This document shows, piece after piece, positions 35,325 to 45,547 of a stretch of DNA of 46,757 nt. Under the pieces are notes generated by a model. The model ran no database searches and was not told the DNA's origin. It saw nothing but the letters and a program-made list of their open reading frames with translations. Position 1 is the first letter of the stretch, and every line of letters begins with the position of its first letter. The DNA is from a virus (Duplodnaviria; Caudoviricetes): positions 1 through 46,757 of the IMG/VR virus record IMGVR_UViG_3300017700_000896, one strand, 5' to 3'. A program made the position numbers and the translations under genes.

Positions 35325-36532
35325 GCTTGAATCTCCTCGATGACGAAAACTGCCGCCTGAGCGCCGCCGCCCTTGCGACCAGATGCGATGCCGTTGACAT
35401 ACGCGGCTGTGCCGTCGTTTGAAAAGCGACTTTGAATCGTTCGGGCAACCGCAGTCAGCGCCTGATAGCAAAAATCAAGCGCCATGATTTGATAGTCGTT
35501 GCTGTCGTTGACCTTGAATGTCGCGGACCGTTTGCAAACCGCAGCATCAAAGATGCCAACGATGTTGACCGTGGTCGAGTTGGTTACGCCAAAGGAACCT
35601 GACAAATTCCCTTTGATCAAGTTAACACCGCTCGTTGGCGTGAAGGATTTCGTATGCAGCACGGAGCCTGATGTGACGAGCATCACAGCATCGTTGGCTG
35701 GAACAGCAACGCCGCCTGAAGCTGACCATGTGTTGTTTTGCATTATCACGCGCTGAACCACTTCGCCCGGCTTCTTGATGCCGTCGCTCATGCCTTGAAT
35801 CGTCGATGGCGCTGTTGCGTAAGTTCCCGCAACAGCTTCTGTCAGGTCAATGTAGCCGACCAATCGGAAAGGGCAATTTGCGTGCGCTGCCGTCGAATAC
35901 CAAACGCCAGCGCTATCGGATGCGGCGTCCAATAGCGTTGTCGAGATCAAAGCCCCTTCATTTACGGGCGCGATGTCAACGTTGATGCCGTTAACGATTT
36001 GCGTATTTTGCAGCGCCAAATATTCGACGCCAGCGTCCAAAACTTTTGCAATCCACAAGCGGAATGGCGTCGCCGCGATGGATCCAAAAGTTGCCCCTGC
36101 TGGCGCCACAACTGTAAGCGCGCCGCCTGTTATTGTGGAAACAGCGCCATTGTTCAAAGCAGAGCTTCGATAGTCAATCGGGACGCCGCCTGCATGCCCG
36201 ACCGTCAACGCATTGCCTGCAACGCTGGAAGAGATTGGTTGGATGACGGAGCTGTTCACAACCGTGCTCGCTTCAACAGCTTCCAGCAGCATCGCGGCGA
36301 TGTTTGCCGGAGTCAAAGTGTCTTCAACGTCCGTGGCTTGTAGGTCAGCGATAAACTGAGCGACACCAGCAGCGATCAAGCTAACTTGCCGCAACGCCTT
36401 GTTCTCCATTTCGGCCTTGGCGATGCCGGGTTGATGGCCGATCTCTCGCTGCGGATCTGCATCGTAAACGGCTTGTGATTGAACGTTCGCAGCAGGATCG
36501 TGAGCGAAGAGAAGAATTTCATTTGCAGCCAT
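35321..36532 (-). CDS. Short tail fibre / receptor-binding protein
   Basis: N-terminal baseplate anchor (ANVQSQ..Y, G.QPGIA, NKALRQ); beta-rich body. Confidence 0.8.
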   Translation of the reverse strand: MAANEILLFAHDPAANVQSQAVYDADPQREIGHQPGIAKAEMENKALRQVSLIAAGVAQFIADLQATDVEDTLTPANIAAMLLEAVEASTVVNSSVIQPISSSVAGNALTVGHAGGVPIDYRSSALNNGAVSTITGGALTVVAPAGATFGSIAATPFRLWIAKVLDAGVEYLALQNTQIVNGINVDIAPVNEGALISTTLLDAASDSAGVWYSTAAHANCPFRLVGYIDLTEAVAGTYATAPSTIQGMSDGIKKPGEVVQRVIMQNNTWSASGGVAVPANDAVMLVTSGSVLHTKSFTPTSGVNLIKGNLSGSFGVTNSTTVNIVGIFDAAVCKRSATFKVNDSNDYQIMALDFCYQALTAVARTIQSRFSNDGTAAYVNGIASGRKGGGAQAAVFVIEEIQA

Positions 36533-36541
36533 AGTCGTTCC

Positions 36542-37213
36542 TTAAGTAACAGGGATGTTTTTCGCCCAAGAGCCTGTGCCCCATCCGGCAAGATTTTCAT
36601 TTTCAATATTCCAAGCAAAGGCCGGGTTGCCGTCCTGCACGACTGCATAATAATCGATCCGCACGCCTGCTGGTTTTAGCGGAATGTATCCGCCAGTTAG
36701 CAGCGCAAGGGTCACTGCGGACAACTCCGTGTTGACGATTCCGACTACCATGCTCATGTCTTGGTTGTCTTGAATCAAGATTACTGCGTCGTCTCCGAAT
36801 GCCGCCTGCCAAACGGTGTAAGCGCCGGGGATGGATCCATCCCAAGCATTTGCTGCGATTTTCGCCTTGATCAAAATGCGATAGCTGTCGTCCGGCAAAG
36901 AGGTAAGGCCGGAAACAGGATCGAATTCGCCTTTCCAAACTCCTGAATTCCAACCCGTTGCAACGGTGTCATTCCACGTGAAATAAACACCAACAAGCGG
37001 GATGGCAACGCGCCGGGAAATGCCGACCCAAATGCCGATGATGTCGAGCTGCGCGCCGATCGCCGTGTCAACGTCGAATTCACCTTTGAAGCTCGCGAGA
37101 ACTTCTTGCAACGCGGCCATTGAGCCTGCAACGGCGCTGAGGGTTGCGATGAACTTCGGGCGCTGCTTGTGCTCCGTCGTTATCAGCCCTAGGTATTGCG
37201 ATTCGGTCGTCAT
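36542..37213 (-). CDS. Baseplate wedge protein (DUF2612-like)
   Basis: YLGLITTEHKQRPKF, FDVDTAIGAQLDIIG.WVG, L.DD.YR.LIKAKI..N.WDG, DNQDMSM. Confidence 0.88.
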   Translation of the reverse strand: MTTESQYLGLITTEHKQRPKFIATLSAVAGSMAALQEVLASFKGEFDVDTAIGAQLDIIGIWVGISRRVAIPLVGVYFTWNDTVATGWNSGVWKGEFDPVSGLTSLPDDSYRILIKAKIAANAWDGSIPGAYTVWQAAFGDDAVILIQDNQDMSMVVGIVNTELSAVTLALLTGGYIPLKPAGVRIDYYAVVQDGNPAFAWNIENENLAGWGTGSWAKNIPVT

Positions 37214-38379
37214 GTGATGATCGTGATGTCTGCCAGATCCGCTTCGGCAACCTCGTTGAACGCGAGAACGATGTTTGCTGTTCCAAAAGCTCCGGCGTTT
37301 TTCTTGATGCGAATGAGGGTGATGTCGAACGTATCGCCTGCAGCCGTGCCCGGAAGATTTGCAGGGACGTAGAGCTTTGTGATCAAGACATCAGCGCCGA
37401 TCTTCAGCGCGTTCAAGTAATCAATCACGGCTTGCTTGATCAACGTTTCGAAGCCGGTTGTGAATCCGGTCAGAGCATCGATCGTTACTTCAACGCCGAT
37501 CGTCGCTAGAGTTGGTCGGAAAAAATTAATCGTGTTCAGCAAGCCATATTGGTCTGTTGTAACAACCGCCGTCGTGCCGTAGGTCTTCGTTCCCGGCGTC
37601 TTCTTCAACGCAATGGCATCGCCGATCTCTTGTGCGTCGCCGCCTTCAACAACGAGAGCAATGCTGTGCGCAGGAAGACCGTCTGCGTCTGGCACGTCAT
37701 CGTCGTTTTCATAACCCTTGAACCTCGTCACGCCCGCGAGCGACGCGACCGCGCCAACGATTCCTTCAAGAACGGAAAGCGAAGGGAGAGCTGTGGAGAC
37801 TTCTTGCCGCAGGCGCAATTGCGCGTTCGTTTCAACCGGCTCGCCTTCCGTCGCGGCAAGAACATTTGTGACTGTTTGCCAACCAAGCGTCGGTGTCGAG
37901 ATCTTTTCGATCGTTCCTGCAGCAGCGGCAATCGCTCCGACATCAACAGCAGTTGCAGTAACGACGATCTCGCCAGATCCGGGAATGATCACGGATGCAG
38001 GCAAGTTCCATTTTTGAGCAAGGATGTCTTCAACTTGGCCGTTGACGATCTCCGTTCCGGTTTGCCCGACAATTGTCAGATCTGCCGTCGAGTAAGTTGG
38101 AACGCGGCGACGGATTCCGTTGAGCTTAACGTTGCGCGAGAGCGCGTCCGCGAGCGCGGTGACAGGCGAAAAGCTGTTGTAAACGCTTGCGGCCAACGCG
38201 AGCGTCTCATAAATCGACAAGGCGACAACAGCGAGCCACTGGCCATCTTGCGAATCGGCCTCCAAGTACACATCGACGCCATAAATCGTGCGATATTCCT
38301 CCTGCAAAGCTGCAAGAACAGTCGGGTAATCTGGAAAATGAAAACCCGTCGCGTCGATGTAGGCCAGTTCTGCGATCAT
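37210..38379 (-). CDS. Baseplate J/gp47-like protein
   Basis: DSQDGQ, G.EPETNAQLRLR, YEND, LPAHSI..VVEGG. Confidence 0.9.
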   Translation of the reverse strand: MIAELAYIDATGFHFPDYPTVLAALQEEYRTIYGVDVYLEADSQDGQWLAVVALSIYETLALAASVYNSFSPVTALADALSRNVKLNGIRRRVPTYSTADLTIVGQTGTEIVNGQVEDILAQKWNLPASVIIPGSGEIVVTATAVDVGAIAAAAGTIEKISTPTLGWQTVTNVLAATEGEPVETNAQLRLRQEVSTALPSLSVLEGIVGAVASLAGVTRFKGYENDDDVPDADGLPAHSIALVVEGGDAQEIGDAIALKKTPGTKTYGTTAVVTTDQYGLLNTINFFRPTLATIGVEVTIDALTGFTTGFETLIKQAVIDYLNALKIGADVLITKLYVPANLPGTAAGDTFDITLIRIKKNAGAFGTANIVLAFNEVAEADLADITIIT

Positions 38380-38732
38380 TAGAGTATTTCGTTGAGGGTG
38401 GTTTGGCCGTAAATTGTGTCAATTGTCGCTGATACAGCATAGGAGCGCAAGTCGGGATTGAGCGACGAGCTGAACTCCACGATCGCGGTCACACCTTCTG
38501 TATTCAGGATCCGATCACGCATCGTCAAGTTGGCCGTTGTCAAGTCCGTCTTGCCAAGAACGCCCGCTTGGTAGGGCGTCCCCTCAGTCGTGTCCAAAAA
38601 CCACTCTCCGGCCCACAGGCGCAGCCGGGTGAGCACCGCTTGCCCAACGGCTTCCGGCGTATCTTTGTGGAAATCCAGATTTCCGTTTCCAAATTTGAAA
38701 TCGCCATCGGAATCTAGGGCGCGATATTTCAT
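38379..38732 (-). CDS. Baseplate wedge/sheath initiator (gp46/W-like)
   Basis: MKYRALDSDGD, TRLRLWAGEWFLD, TIYG. Confidence 0.85.
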   Translation of the reverse strand: MKYRALDSDGDFKFGNGNLDFHKDTPEAVGQAVLTRLRLWAGEWFLDTTEGTPYQAGVLGKTDLTTANLTMRDRILNTEGVTAIVEFSSSLNPDLRSYAVSATIDTIYGQTTLNEIL

Positions 38733-39400
38733 GTAACAGCTCCAGTTGGGCCAGGCGCAGAGCTTCCGCTGATGATCGGATGCGTATGTGTACTGCTGAT
38801 GTTTTTGCCGTTGTTCGTAACACCACCAACGGTCGTCGTGTCGCCTGTTCGGTTGAGATTTCCAGTTTGGTCAACATCACCCTCATGCGTTATGTTGCCT
38901 TTAATCTGAATCCCAGTCGTCGTGAGCTTGATGTAAACGGTCCGGTCAATCGTCCGCAGCTCCATGCCATCACTTTGCACGGCTGAGAGTTTTTTTGGCT
39001 GACTCGTCGGCGCGAGAACGGCGAAGCCATCACTCAGGTCGTGCATCCGCGCTTCGACAGGCTCGCCAACGCCGCCGCTTTGCCACCAGCTATCGATCGC
39101 CCTGCTGCTGAAGACCACCAAGACCTCATCGCCCGCCGAGAGCGGAAGCGTCAGCGCGAACGCGCCAGCGCGCGGGAAGCAGATCGGCACATCGGCCAAC
39201 AGCGGCAAGTTGACGGATGTCTCATTGTTTTGCTCGTCGAGAATTACGCCTTTGATCGACGGCTGAACGACGCAGGTTTGGGCGTCGAGATCCGCGCTGA
39301 CGACGATGCCCGGCAGCGCCGTCCACATCTTCGCTTGCAAGCCCTCCAACGCTTGCAGTTGCGCCTCTTCCGGATCGTTGAGCATCTCATCGCGGTTCAT
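38729..39400 (-). CDS. Baseplate central spike (Gp138-like)
   Basis: TALPGIV, LP.L.DVP..FP, GDE.LVVF..R.ID.WW, RMHDLSD, HTH tip motif. Confidence 0.88.
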   Translation of the reverse strand: MNRDEMLNDPEEAQLQALEGLQAKMWTALPGIVVSADLDAQTCVVQPSIKGVILDEQNNETSVNLPLLADVPICFPRAGAFALTLPLSAGDEVLVVFSSRAIDSWWQSGGVGEPVEARMHDLSDGFAVLAPTSQPKKLSAVQSDGMELRTIDRTVYIKLTTTGIQIKGNITHEGDVDQTGNLNRTGDTTTVGGVTNNGKNISSTHTHPIISGSSAPGPTGAVT

Positions 39401-40293
39401 CGCTTCACCTTCTTGTTCGCGGGCGCGCTGGCGTCCACATCGAGGCAAACCATTTTCGCGAACCACTCAGGCCCGCGCGTGTCCCCGACGTATTCGACCT
39501 TCAGCAATCTGTATTGCCCGTCAGCAGCGATCTTGGCAGGCTCTTTGTCTTTCTTCTCTGCCTTGTCGGCGGCCTTGAGCTTAATCGATGCCACGTCCTT
39601 CTCGTTGATGATGACGCGCGCGCCGATCTTAAGGAGCGGATTTAGAAGGGCTTCCGCCTTGATGCCGTCAACCGTCTGCTCAGGGGTTCCGATCAAGCCG
39701 CTTTTGCTGTTGAGGACAACTGCTTGACCGGGAAGCAAACCCGTCAGCGGCAAAAATTGCATCTTCCCGTCTTGTACGCTCCACGTTGTATCGGTCGATT
39801 GCGCGCTTCGCCGTAGAACGTCGCGCTTCATGCCGTACAACACTTTGGCCCTTGGCAATCTTTCGCCACCAAGGTCCGGTATATAGCCGGGTTGACCAAT
39901 CATTGCTGCGTTAACGATGTCGTTTTGGCTCGATCCTGCTGCCAAGGTCTTGTTCACGGTGCCGAATGCATAACCAGCGTCGCCGTCGCCAGCAGAGATC
40001 TCGACAAACGTGTCCACGCCATTCTCTTTTCCGGTGCGGACCTCCTTGATGTTTCCGCGAAAGATGACGCCATAATTTTCTTCATATCCGGCTTGGATGA
40101 TGATGTCAACGAATTCTTTTTTGATCCGCGCGACCGTATCCGGCGCAACGCCGTAGATCGTGATGCGCGCCGTGTTTGGCGTTTGGGCGTCTTCTTTTTT
40201 GATGTAGAACTTGATGCGCAAGCGCGACATGTCCAAGCCCTGCCCGGCAGCATCAGCAAGCAGCACGTCACAACGGCGTAGAAACTGATTCAT
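39397..40293 (-). CDS. Baseplate hub protein
   Basis: PNTARITIY, AGY, GDGD, WSVQDG, GLIGTPEQT, GDTRG..W. Confidence 0.85.
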   Translation of the reverse strand: MNQFLRRCDVLLADAAGQGLDMSRLRIKFYIKKEDAQTPNTARITIYGVAPDTVARIKKEFVDIIIQAGYEENYGVIFRGNIKEVRTGKENGVDTFVEISAGDGDAGYAFGTVNKTLAAGSSQNDIVNAAMIGQPGYIPDLGGERLPRAKVLYGMKRDVLRRSAQSTDTTWSVQDGKMQFLPLTGLLPGQAVVLNSKSGLIGTPEQTVDGIKAEALLNPLLKIGARVIINEKDVASIKLKAADKAEKKDKEPAKIAADGQYRLLKVEYVGDTRGPEWFAKMVCLDVDASAPANKKVKR

Positions 40294-40604
40294 TCCGGCG
40301 TCACCAGCCAAACGTTAGACTCAGTGCCGAGATTTTCGAGCGTTGGCAGCGCGCCTTCGTCGCCGTCCGTGAAGACGATCAAGGATCCGGGCAACGCGAG
40401 ATGCGCGAACTGCTGGAACAAGTCCGTGCCCGTCACCAGCGGCAAGTTCATGATCAGCGGCAACTCGTCTGCATCGTAAATATCGATGAACCAGCCGCCC
40501 TCGTCCATCGGGTTCCAGCGGTTGACGAGGTAATACAAGATCCCGCCAAGCTCGATGCTAAACTTTTGCGGGATGTTGGAGAATGGAATTTGAAAGAGAG
40601 CCAT
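40290..40604 (-). CDS. Baseplate plug-type protein
   Basis: PQKFSIELGG, W.IDI.D, PLVTG.DL..Q, PT..NLG. Confidence 0.78.
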   Translation of the reverse strand: MALFQIPFSNIPQKFSIELGGILYYLVNRWNPMDEGGWFIDIYDADELPLIMNLPLVTGTDLFQQFAHLALPGSLIVFTDGDEGALPTLENLGTESNVWLVTPE

Positions 40605-41140
40605 TAGCGTCGAGCCGATGCAAGAATTGATTGTTGGCGCTTCGGCTTATTCTCCACGGCCTTGGCAGACTTGCTCCCAGCGTTTTGCGTTGCGCCGGTA
40701 CGGGACGGGCTTGCTTGCTTCGCGCGCGGGGGGACGGTCGTGATCTCCACCTGAACGATGATGATCTCTTCGAGCGTGAACGTGATTGACAAAACGTTTT
40801 CGGTTTCGGCATCCGTCGTTTGCGCCAGCCCCTTCATAAGCATGTTCTTGTAGATGCGCTTTCCGGTAACAACGTCGAAAGGCTCGCGCAACGCTTGAAG
40901 CTCAAGCAGCAATCGATAAGTCTCCTGCAGGGGCTTTTCGTCGTCGTTGAAGAGAACCTTGATCGTTACATCGCTTGGCTTCACATAGGCGTTGTCGGAG
41001 ATCGTCGCGCCTTCCTGAACAGGGTGCTTCGTGATCTCCAATTCATCCTTGGCGTTTTCGTCAATGACGCACATGGTTGTGAAAGATCCGATCCGGCGCT
41101 GAGGCCGCACGACGACTGGTTGTGGCGTTTGCGTAAACAT
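40604..41140 (-). CDS. Distal-tail/tube-initiator (Dit-like) baseplate protein
   Basis: ITKHPVQEGATISDNAY..P, FDVVTGKRIYKNML; start MFTQ at 41140. Confidence 0.82.
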   Translation of the reverse strand: MFTQTPQPVVVRPQRRIGSFTTMCVIDENAKDELEITKHPVQEGATISDNAYVKPSDVTIKVLFNDDEKPLQETYRLLLELQALREPFDVVTGKRIYKNMLMKGLAQTTDAETENVLSITFTLEEIIIVQVEITTVPPRAKQASPSRTGATQNAGSKSAKAVENKPKRQQSILASARR

Positions 41141-42645
41141 CAGCGCGCCCTTGGTGCGAGGTTGCGGGTCATGTCGGCGTTGACGCGCCCTTGCTCGCCC
41201 GCGACCGCCCGCCCGGTTGCAGCAGGATCTGCTGAGCCTTGAACGATGATGTCGGTTTTCTGCGTGACGTTCTGATTGGCCCCGCCCAAGCTCGCGGCAG
41301 CAGCGGGCGAAGGTGTCAGCAACCCCGCGTCGCTCGTCGCCGCGCCAAGGAAGGTGCTGCCGATCTTGCCGATCGACGCGACGAAGCCCAGAGCGCGGCT
41401 GATGGCTTCGATAACACCCATGACGACTTCCTTGATGGCGAACCACGCGCCGGCAAAGTCCCCGTGCAAGAGCTTCACGATGAAGTCCACGTAAGCAAAG
41501 ATGGTTGTGAACAGCGCCGTGAACATGTCCTTCAACTCATACACGGCGTTCATCACCAGATCGATTCCGGGCTTCCACTTGTCCCAGTTTATCAGCGTTT
41601 CGCCGCCCTGCGTCCACACATAAAAGTCTTCTGCCAGCAGCGCAATGGCCGTCGCGAGCGCGACAACTTGCCCGATCGGCGTTGCGAAGAACGCGAGATT
41701 AAATGCACGCCAAGCCAGCACAGCCAGCCCGATTTTTACAACCCAACCGTCCATGTAGTCGTTGAGCTTGCTGATCATCTCGATCACGCCATAAACGACA
41801 TTGAAGATTCGCGCGCCGATCGTCACGAAAATCTTGCCGACATACAAAACCTCTTCGATCACCTTGCTGATTGCGGCGATGATCTGCGGCATGTTGGAGA
41901 CGATCAACTTTCGCAATCGCTCCGTGCTCTCGCTGAGCTTGTTGAACAATTTCGACGAGACCGTTTTGCCGATGAGGCCCATGGCCGTCTGAAGCTTGGC
42001 CAGCTCGTCCCGATAGTTGTCCGCGTCCTTGACGGCTTGGTTTGCGCTGAACCCGGAAGCCCTCACCATCTCATCGTATTCGGCTGTGAGACCCGACATA
42101 TCCTCCGTCATCATTTTGATCAACGTCGGATCGATGCCGAGACGACTCAGGATGGCTTGCTGCTGGCCGCTGGCCATGCCTTTGATCTTCTGGCGGATCT
42201 CTTCCATCAACACGGTCGTTTCTTTCAGCTCGCCGTTGCTGTCCTTCACGTCCAAGCCGATCTCTTCAAAGACCTTCTTCGCGCGGCCCATGCCGATCGC
42301 GGCGAGGCCTGCATTGGTGGTCAGCGTTGTGAGGGAAGATGTGAGCGCGCCCATGTCTGAGCCCGTCTGCTCAGCCTGATAGCCCATGCGGAAAATGTCC
42401 TCAGCGGCAACCTTGGTGCGCTCAGAAACATCGTTGATTTTTTCGAGTTCTTCCGCGTAACGGTTGACGTTGAGAAGTTCGGTAACGGCTGCAGCAACTT
42501 GCTTCGCCGCGTCCGCAGCGAGCTGGCCAAGCGCCACGACTGCGACGCCAGACTTCATGATGCCTGTGTTGAATTTGCCTAGGCTCTTCTCATCAACCTG
42601 GAAGCCAAGTCCGACAAGAAACTCTTTGATCGTTTCCGTGCTCAC
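41140..42645 (-). CDS. Tape measure protein
   Basis: TIKEFLVGLGF start, helical with hydrophobic C-half, follows chaperones. Confidence 0.88.
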   Translation of the reverse strand: MSTETIKEFLVGLGFQVDEKSLGKFNTGIMKSGVAVVALGQLAADAAKQVAAAVTELLNVNRYAEELEKINDVSERTKVAAEDIFRMGYQAEQTGSDMGALTSSLTTLTTNAGLAAIGMGRAKKVFEEIGLDVKDSNGELKETTVLMEEIRQKIKGMASGQQQAILSRLGIDPTLIKMMTEDMSGLTAEYDEMVRASGFSANQAVKDADNYRDELAKLQTAMGLIGKTVSSKLFNKLSESTERLRKLIVSNMPQIIAAISKVIEEVLYVGKIFVTIGARIFNVVYGVIEMISKLNDYMDGWVVKIGLAVLAWRAFNLAFFATPIGQVVALATAIALLAEDFYVWTQGGETLINWDKWKPGIDLVMNAVYELKDMFTALFTTIFAYVDFIVKLLHGDFAGAWFAIKEVVMGVIEAISRALGFVASIGKIGSTFLGAATSDAGLLTPSPAAAASLGGANQNVTQKTDIIVQGSADPAATGRAVAGEQGRVNADMTRNLAPRAR

Positions 42646-42878
42646 TTATTGGCCTCCTGAAACCTTCGTTCATTCTCGTCCTGACAATCGATCGCATCGT
42701 TCATCAGGGCCACGTCTGCCAAGGACAGGGTGCCGTCGATCAAGGATTCATACTTGCACCAACCCCTGCCGACTGGCCGAAGCATCCAGCCCTCCCCACC
42801 GGGCAGGCCGACCCAATCGATCGGCCTTTTGGTTTCTACTTCGCGCCGGTTGAAGGTTGGGGAAGCGCGGTCAAAAAA
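42642..42878 (-). CDS. Tail chaperone G-T extension (-1 frame; not in ORF track)
   Basis: Open -1 frame from T TTT TTG: ...LPGGEGWMLRPV...YESLIDGTLSLADVALMNDAID..ENE, stop overlapping the tape measure GTG. Confidence 0.8.
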   Translation of the reverse strand, partial: FFDRASPTFNRREVETKRPIDWVGLPGGEGWMLRPVGRGWCKYESLIDGTLSLADVALMNDAIDCQDENERRFQEANK

Positions 42879-43255
42879 TCCTGGAAGTTGTACTGTCCCG
42901 CCTTGAAGGCGATCTTGATCAGATCCGGCATCGTGATGTTTTGAAACATCAACGATGAGCCCTTAACAACCGGAGCCCACCCCAAACCGTTGGGTTGCTC
43001 CTGCTTCACCACGGACAGCAGGCCGTACAACACAAACTCCGCATCCTCGTCCTTGAGCTTCGAGAGCGCTTCGGCCAAGCCCGGCAAAACGGATGAGACT
43101 TCTTTTTGCAAGAAGGTGTTCATGTCTTTCAAGGCCACGCCCGTAGGCAGCAGCCCGGCGACGATCGGAGCCATTCTGCGGACGATGTGGAACTGCTTCA
43201 TAGCGTCCAACTTGTCCGCAGAATAGTTTTTACCGGAGACTTCGAAGCTCAACAT
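42836..43255 (-). CDS. Tail assembly chaperone G
   Basis: KLDAMKQFHIVRR.AP, between tube and tape measure. Confidence 0.85.
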   Translation of the reverse strand: MLSFEVSGKNYSADKLDAMKQFHIVRRMAPIVAGLLPTGVALKDMNTFLQKEVSSVLPGLAEALSKLKDEDAEFVLYGLLSVVKQEQPNGLGWAPVVKGSSLMFQNITMPDLIKIAFKAGQYNFQDFLTALPQPSTGAK

Positions 43256-43258
43256 CGC

Positions 43259-43711
43259 TTAAGCCTCCGGAGTTCCGACGCCCAGAACGGTGCTGCTGTC
43301 GATCGCGTCAAATTGCCACTCGTTGATGCCGCCTTCAACTTGGTACTCGATGTTTGGCGGGCGCTTGAAGGCGACCTTCTCCAGTGTGATGGAGTCCCCA
43401 CGAGCGGTGTCACGAATCGAGATCGTGTTCTTGCCGTGGGTGGCGCTCGACATGGTTTGGTAGTTGTACATGTTCATCAACAGCGCATTCGTCGGCGATG
43501 TCTTGAGAAGCCGCACGGTCACCGTTTTGGAATTGTCCGCGCGCAGCGAGTGCATGCCGGATCCGTCCGCACCGTTGGTCATCGTGTTCTTGTCGTTGAC
43601 GGACTCGATGGTGATGCCCTCTTCCGCCGCGCCCGCGCCCGCGCCAAGGTTGATGGATCCGCCCGGACCGTCCATCGCCGCAACGATGTCCAAAAAGCTG
43701 TAAGTGCTCAT
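43259..43711 (-). CDS. Tail tube protein (DUF3277-like)
   Basis: TYSFLD, AEEGI, GADG..MHSL, LLKTSPTN. Confidence 0.9.
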   Translation of the reverse strand: MSTYSFLDIVAAMDGPGGSINLGAGAGAAEEGITIESVNDKNTMTNGADGSGMHSLRADNSKTVTVRLLKTSPTNALLMNMYNYQTMSSATHGKNTISIRDTARGDSITLEKVAFKRPPNIEYQVEGGINEWQFDAIDSSTVLGVGTPEA

Positions 43712-43730
43712 GATTTATTTGCCTTTCGAG

Positions 43731-45536
43731 TTAACGGTTGACATCAACGATAGCGTCGATTTCGTGGATAGCGCCAGCGAGCTTCAGCGCAATTTGCATC
43801 GGAGGCGCAACGCGCGTCTCGCGAATGGCTTGGTTCTGCAGGGCCATCGGCTGGGCGTAGATGTAGTAACCCTTGGGCAACGTATCGCCGCGCTCCAGTT
43901 GGCCAAAGCCGTCCGCATTCCACTGGCCGGGCGCGACGAGGCCGTTGTTCACGGCTTCTTCGCAAACGCCTGCCGCAGTGGTCACGATCTGGTTCATGCC
44001 GGCATCGGTTTGCGGGATCTTTGTCTTGCTTTGGTACAGCAAGTTGTACTCCGCATTTTGCAGCGCATCCTTGAACCAGTCCAGGCCGTGGATCTCGTCG
44101 AAGTACGCATCACCGCACATCGTGCCGTATTGGTAAATGGCGGTGTCGTTTTCGTATTCGGCATAAACGTTGACGCGCTTGTCTTTCAGCGTCAGCGCTT
44201 GCGTTTCCGACAACAGCTCAGCGATGATGCCGGGCATCTGCTTCCACATCAGCGTGATGGTGGAGCGGTTGGCGTTGAAGTTGACGGAGAAGGCGCGCCC
44301 GAATGCGGCCGCAATCGCAACAGGATTGGGCGAATAAGTGGCCGTCGTGCGGCGACGGTTGAGCGCCTTGAGCTGCGAGCCCAGATCGTTGGTCACAACC
44401 GCATCGAGCACGGAAGTGTTTGTGATCGTCACGCCGTAGATCCGGGAAAGGTTCAACCCCTCGATCAACTCCGCAACGGCCAGATGCTGGCTGTCGGTGA
44501 TTTCAGCAGAGAACATCGAGCCATACCACGCGCCGCTGATGTTGGCGAGCGCCAGAACGGCGTCCACAGGCTCTTCTGCATCCGCGCCGGGAACAGGCGC
44601 ATTGGCCAAGCCGTCTGTGAGCTTGAACATCTCTGCGATCGGCTGACCAACAGCGTGATTGCTGCCGTAGCTGACGGAAGAGATCTCAGTGCCGCCTGTG
44701 AGCGTCGCGCCGGAGATCGTGATTGCAGCGCTGACTTCGGCCAGCGTGAATGCGTTGCCTGCGACGCCAACGTTGTCGTGGGTGACGGTCGTCACAAGGC
44801 CAACAGTGGAATAGCTTGCAGCCGCAATGCCGACGTTCGCGGAAGCGGCGAGGAAGGCTTGCAAATTCGCAGCGGTGATTGCGGAAGTCGCGCCGATCAA
44901 CACCTGATTTCCGACCGGGCCAGCAGCGACGAACGTCACAACAGTTCCGTTGACGGTCAGCGTATCGGCAGGCGCTGGGTTTCCGGTCAGCGTGATCGTG
45001 CCCGATGCCTTGTTGCCCGCGCCCGCGCTGGTGCTGGTGATTTTGAAACGCTCGCCGTCCCACACGCAGATCGCGGATCCGGCGAGCGCTGCATTGACGA
45101 TCGTCGCAACCGCGTTGAGGTTCAGCGCGCCGCTGAAGTCCATCGCCGTCAAGGTCTGCAAAACGCCGTCCACCGTCACCAGCATGGAGCCTGCTGTAAC
45201 GAGGTTGAAGCCGTTGATCGCTTGCTGCGACAGATTCAGGATGCCGCCCTTGAGGAATCCGGAGGCGTCGTTTTCGAGCCAGCGGCCAATCATGAGCTTG
45301 TCAGGCCGTGGCGTCTGACCGAAGTACAGCGATGCCGCTTTGTACTCGTCGGACGACAAGCCAAAGTCTGTTGCAACGGCATCGAGCGTTGTGTAAGAGC
45401 GGATGCGCTCAGATCCGTCGATGACGGAGCTGTTGCCAATCACGAGCAGCGTTCCAAAACCACGACGCGCTGCCGCAAGTGGTTGAAGGTTGATGCTTAC
45501 GCGAACAAGGCGACCGACTGGAAGGGCTTGGGCCAT
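43731..45536 (-). CDS. Tail sheath protein (DUF3383-like) with inserted domain
   Basis: EYKAA.LYFGQTP.P, IGRW, STITL..KQ.PG, DEIHGLDW, KIPQTDAG, KLAGAIH. Confidence 0.92.
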   Translation of the reverse strand: MAQALPVGRLVRVSINLQPLAAARRGFGTLLVIGNSSVIDGSERIRSYTTLDAVATDFGLSSDEYKAASLYFGQTPRPDKLMIGRWLENDASGFLKGGILNLSQQAINGFNLVTAGSMLVTVDGVLQTLTAMDFSGALNLNAVATIVNAALAGSAICVWDGERFKITSTSAGAGNKASGTITLTGNPAPADTLTVNGTVVTFVAAGPVGNQVLIGATSAITAANLQAFLAASANVGIAAASYSTVGLVTTVTHDNVGVAGNAFTLAEVSAAITISGATLTGGTEISSVSYGSNHAVGQPIAEMFKLTDGLANAPVPGADAEEPVDAVLALANISGAWYGSMFSAEITDSQHLAVAELIEGLNLSRIYGVTITNTSVLDAVVTNDLGSQLKALNRRRTTATYSPNPVAIAAAFGRAFSVNFNANRSTITLMWKQMPGIIAELLSETQALTLKDKRVNVYAEYENDTAIYQYGTMCGDAYFDEIHGLDWFKDALQNAEYNLLYQSKTKIPQTDAGMNQIVTTAAGVCEEAVNNGLVAPGQWNADGFGQLERGDTLPKGYYIYAQPMALQNQAIRETRVAPPMQIALKLAGAIHEIDAIVDVNR

Positions 45537-45547
45537 GATGTTTTCCT

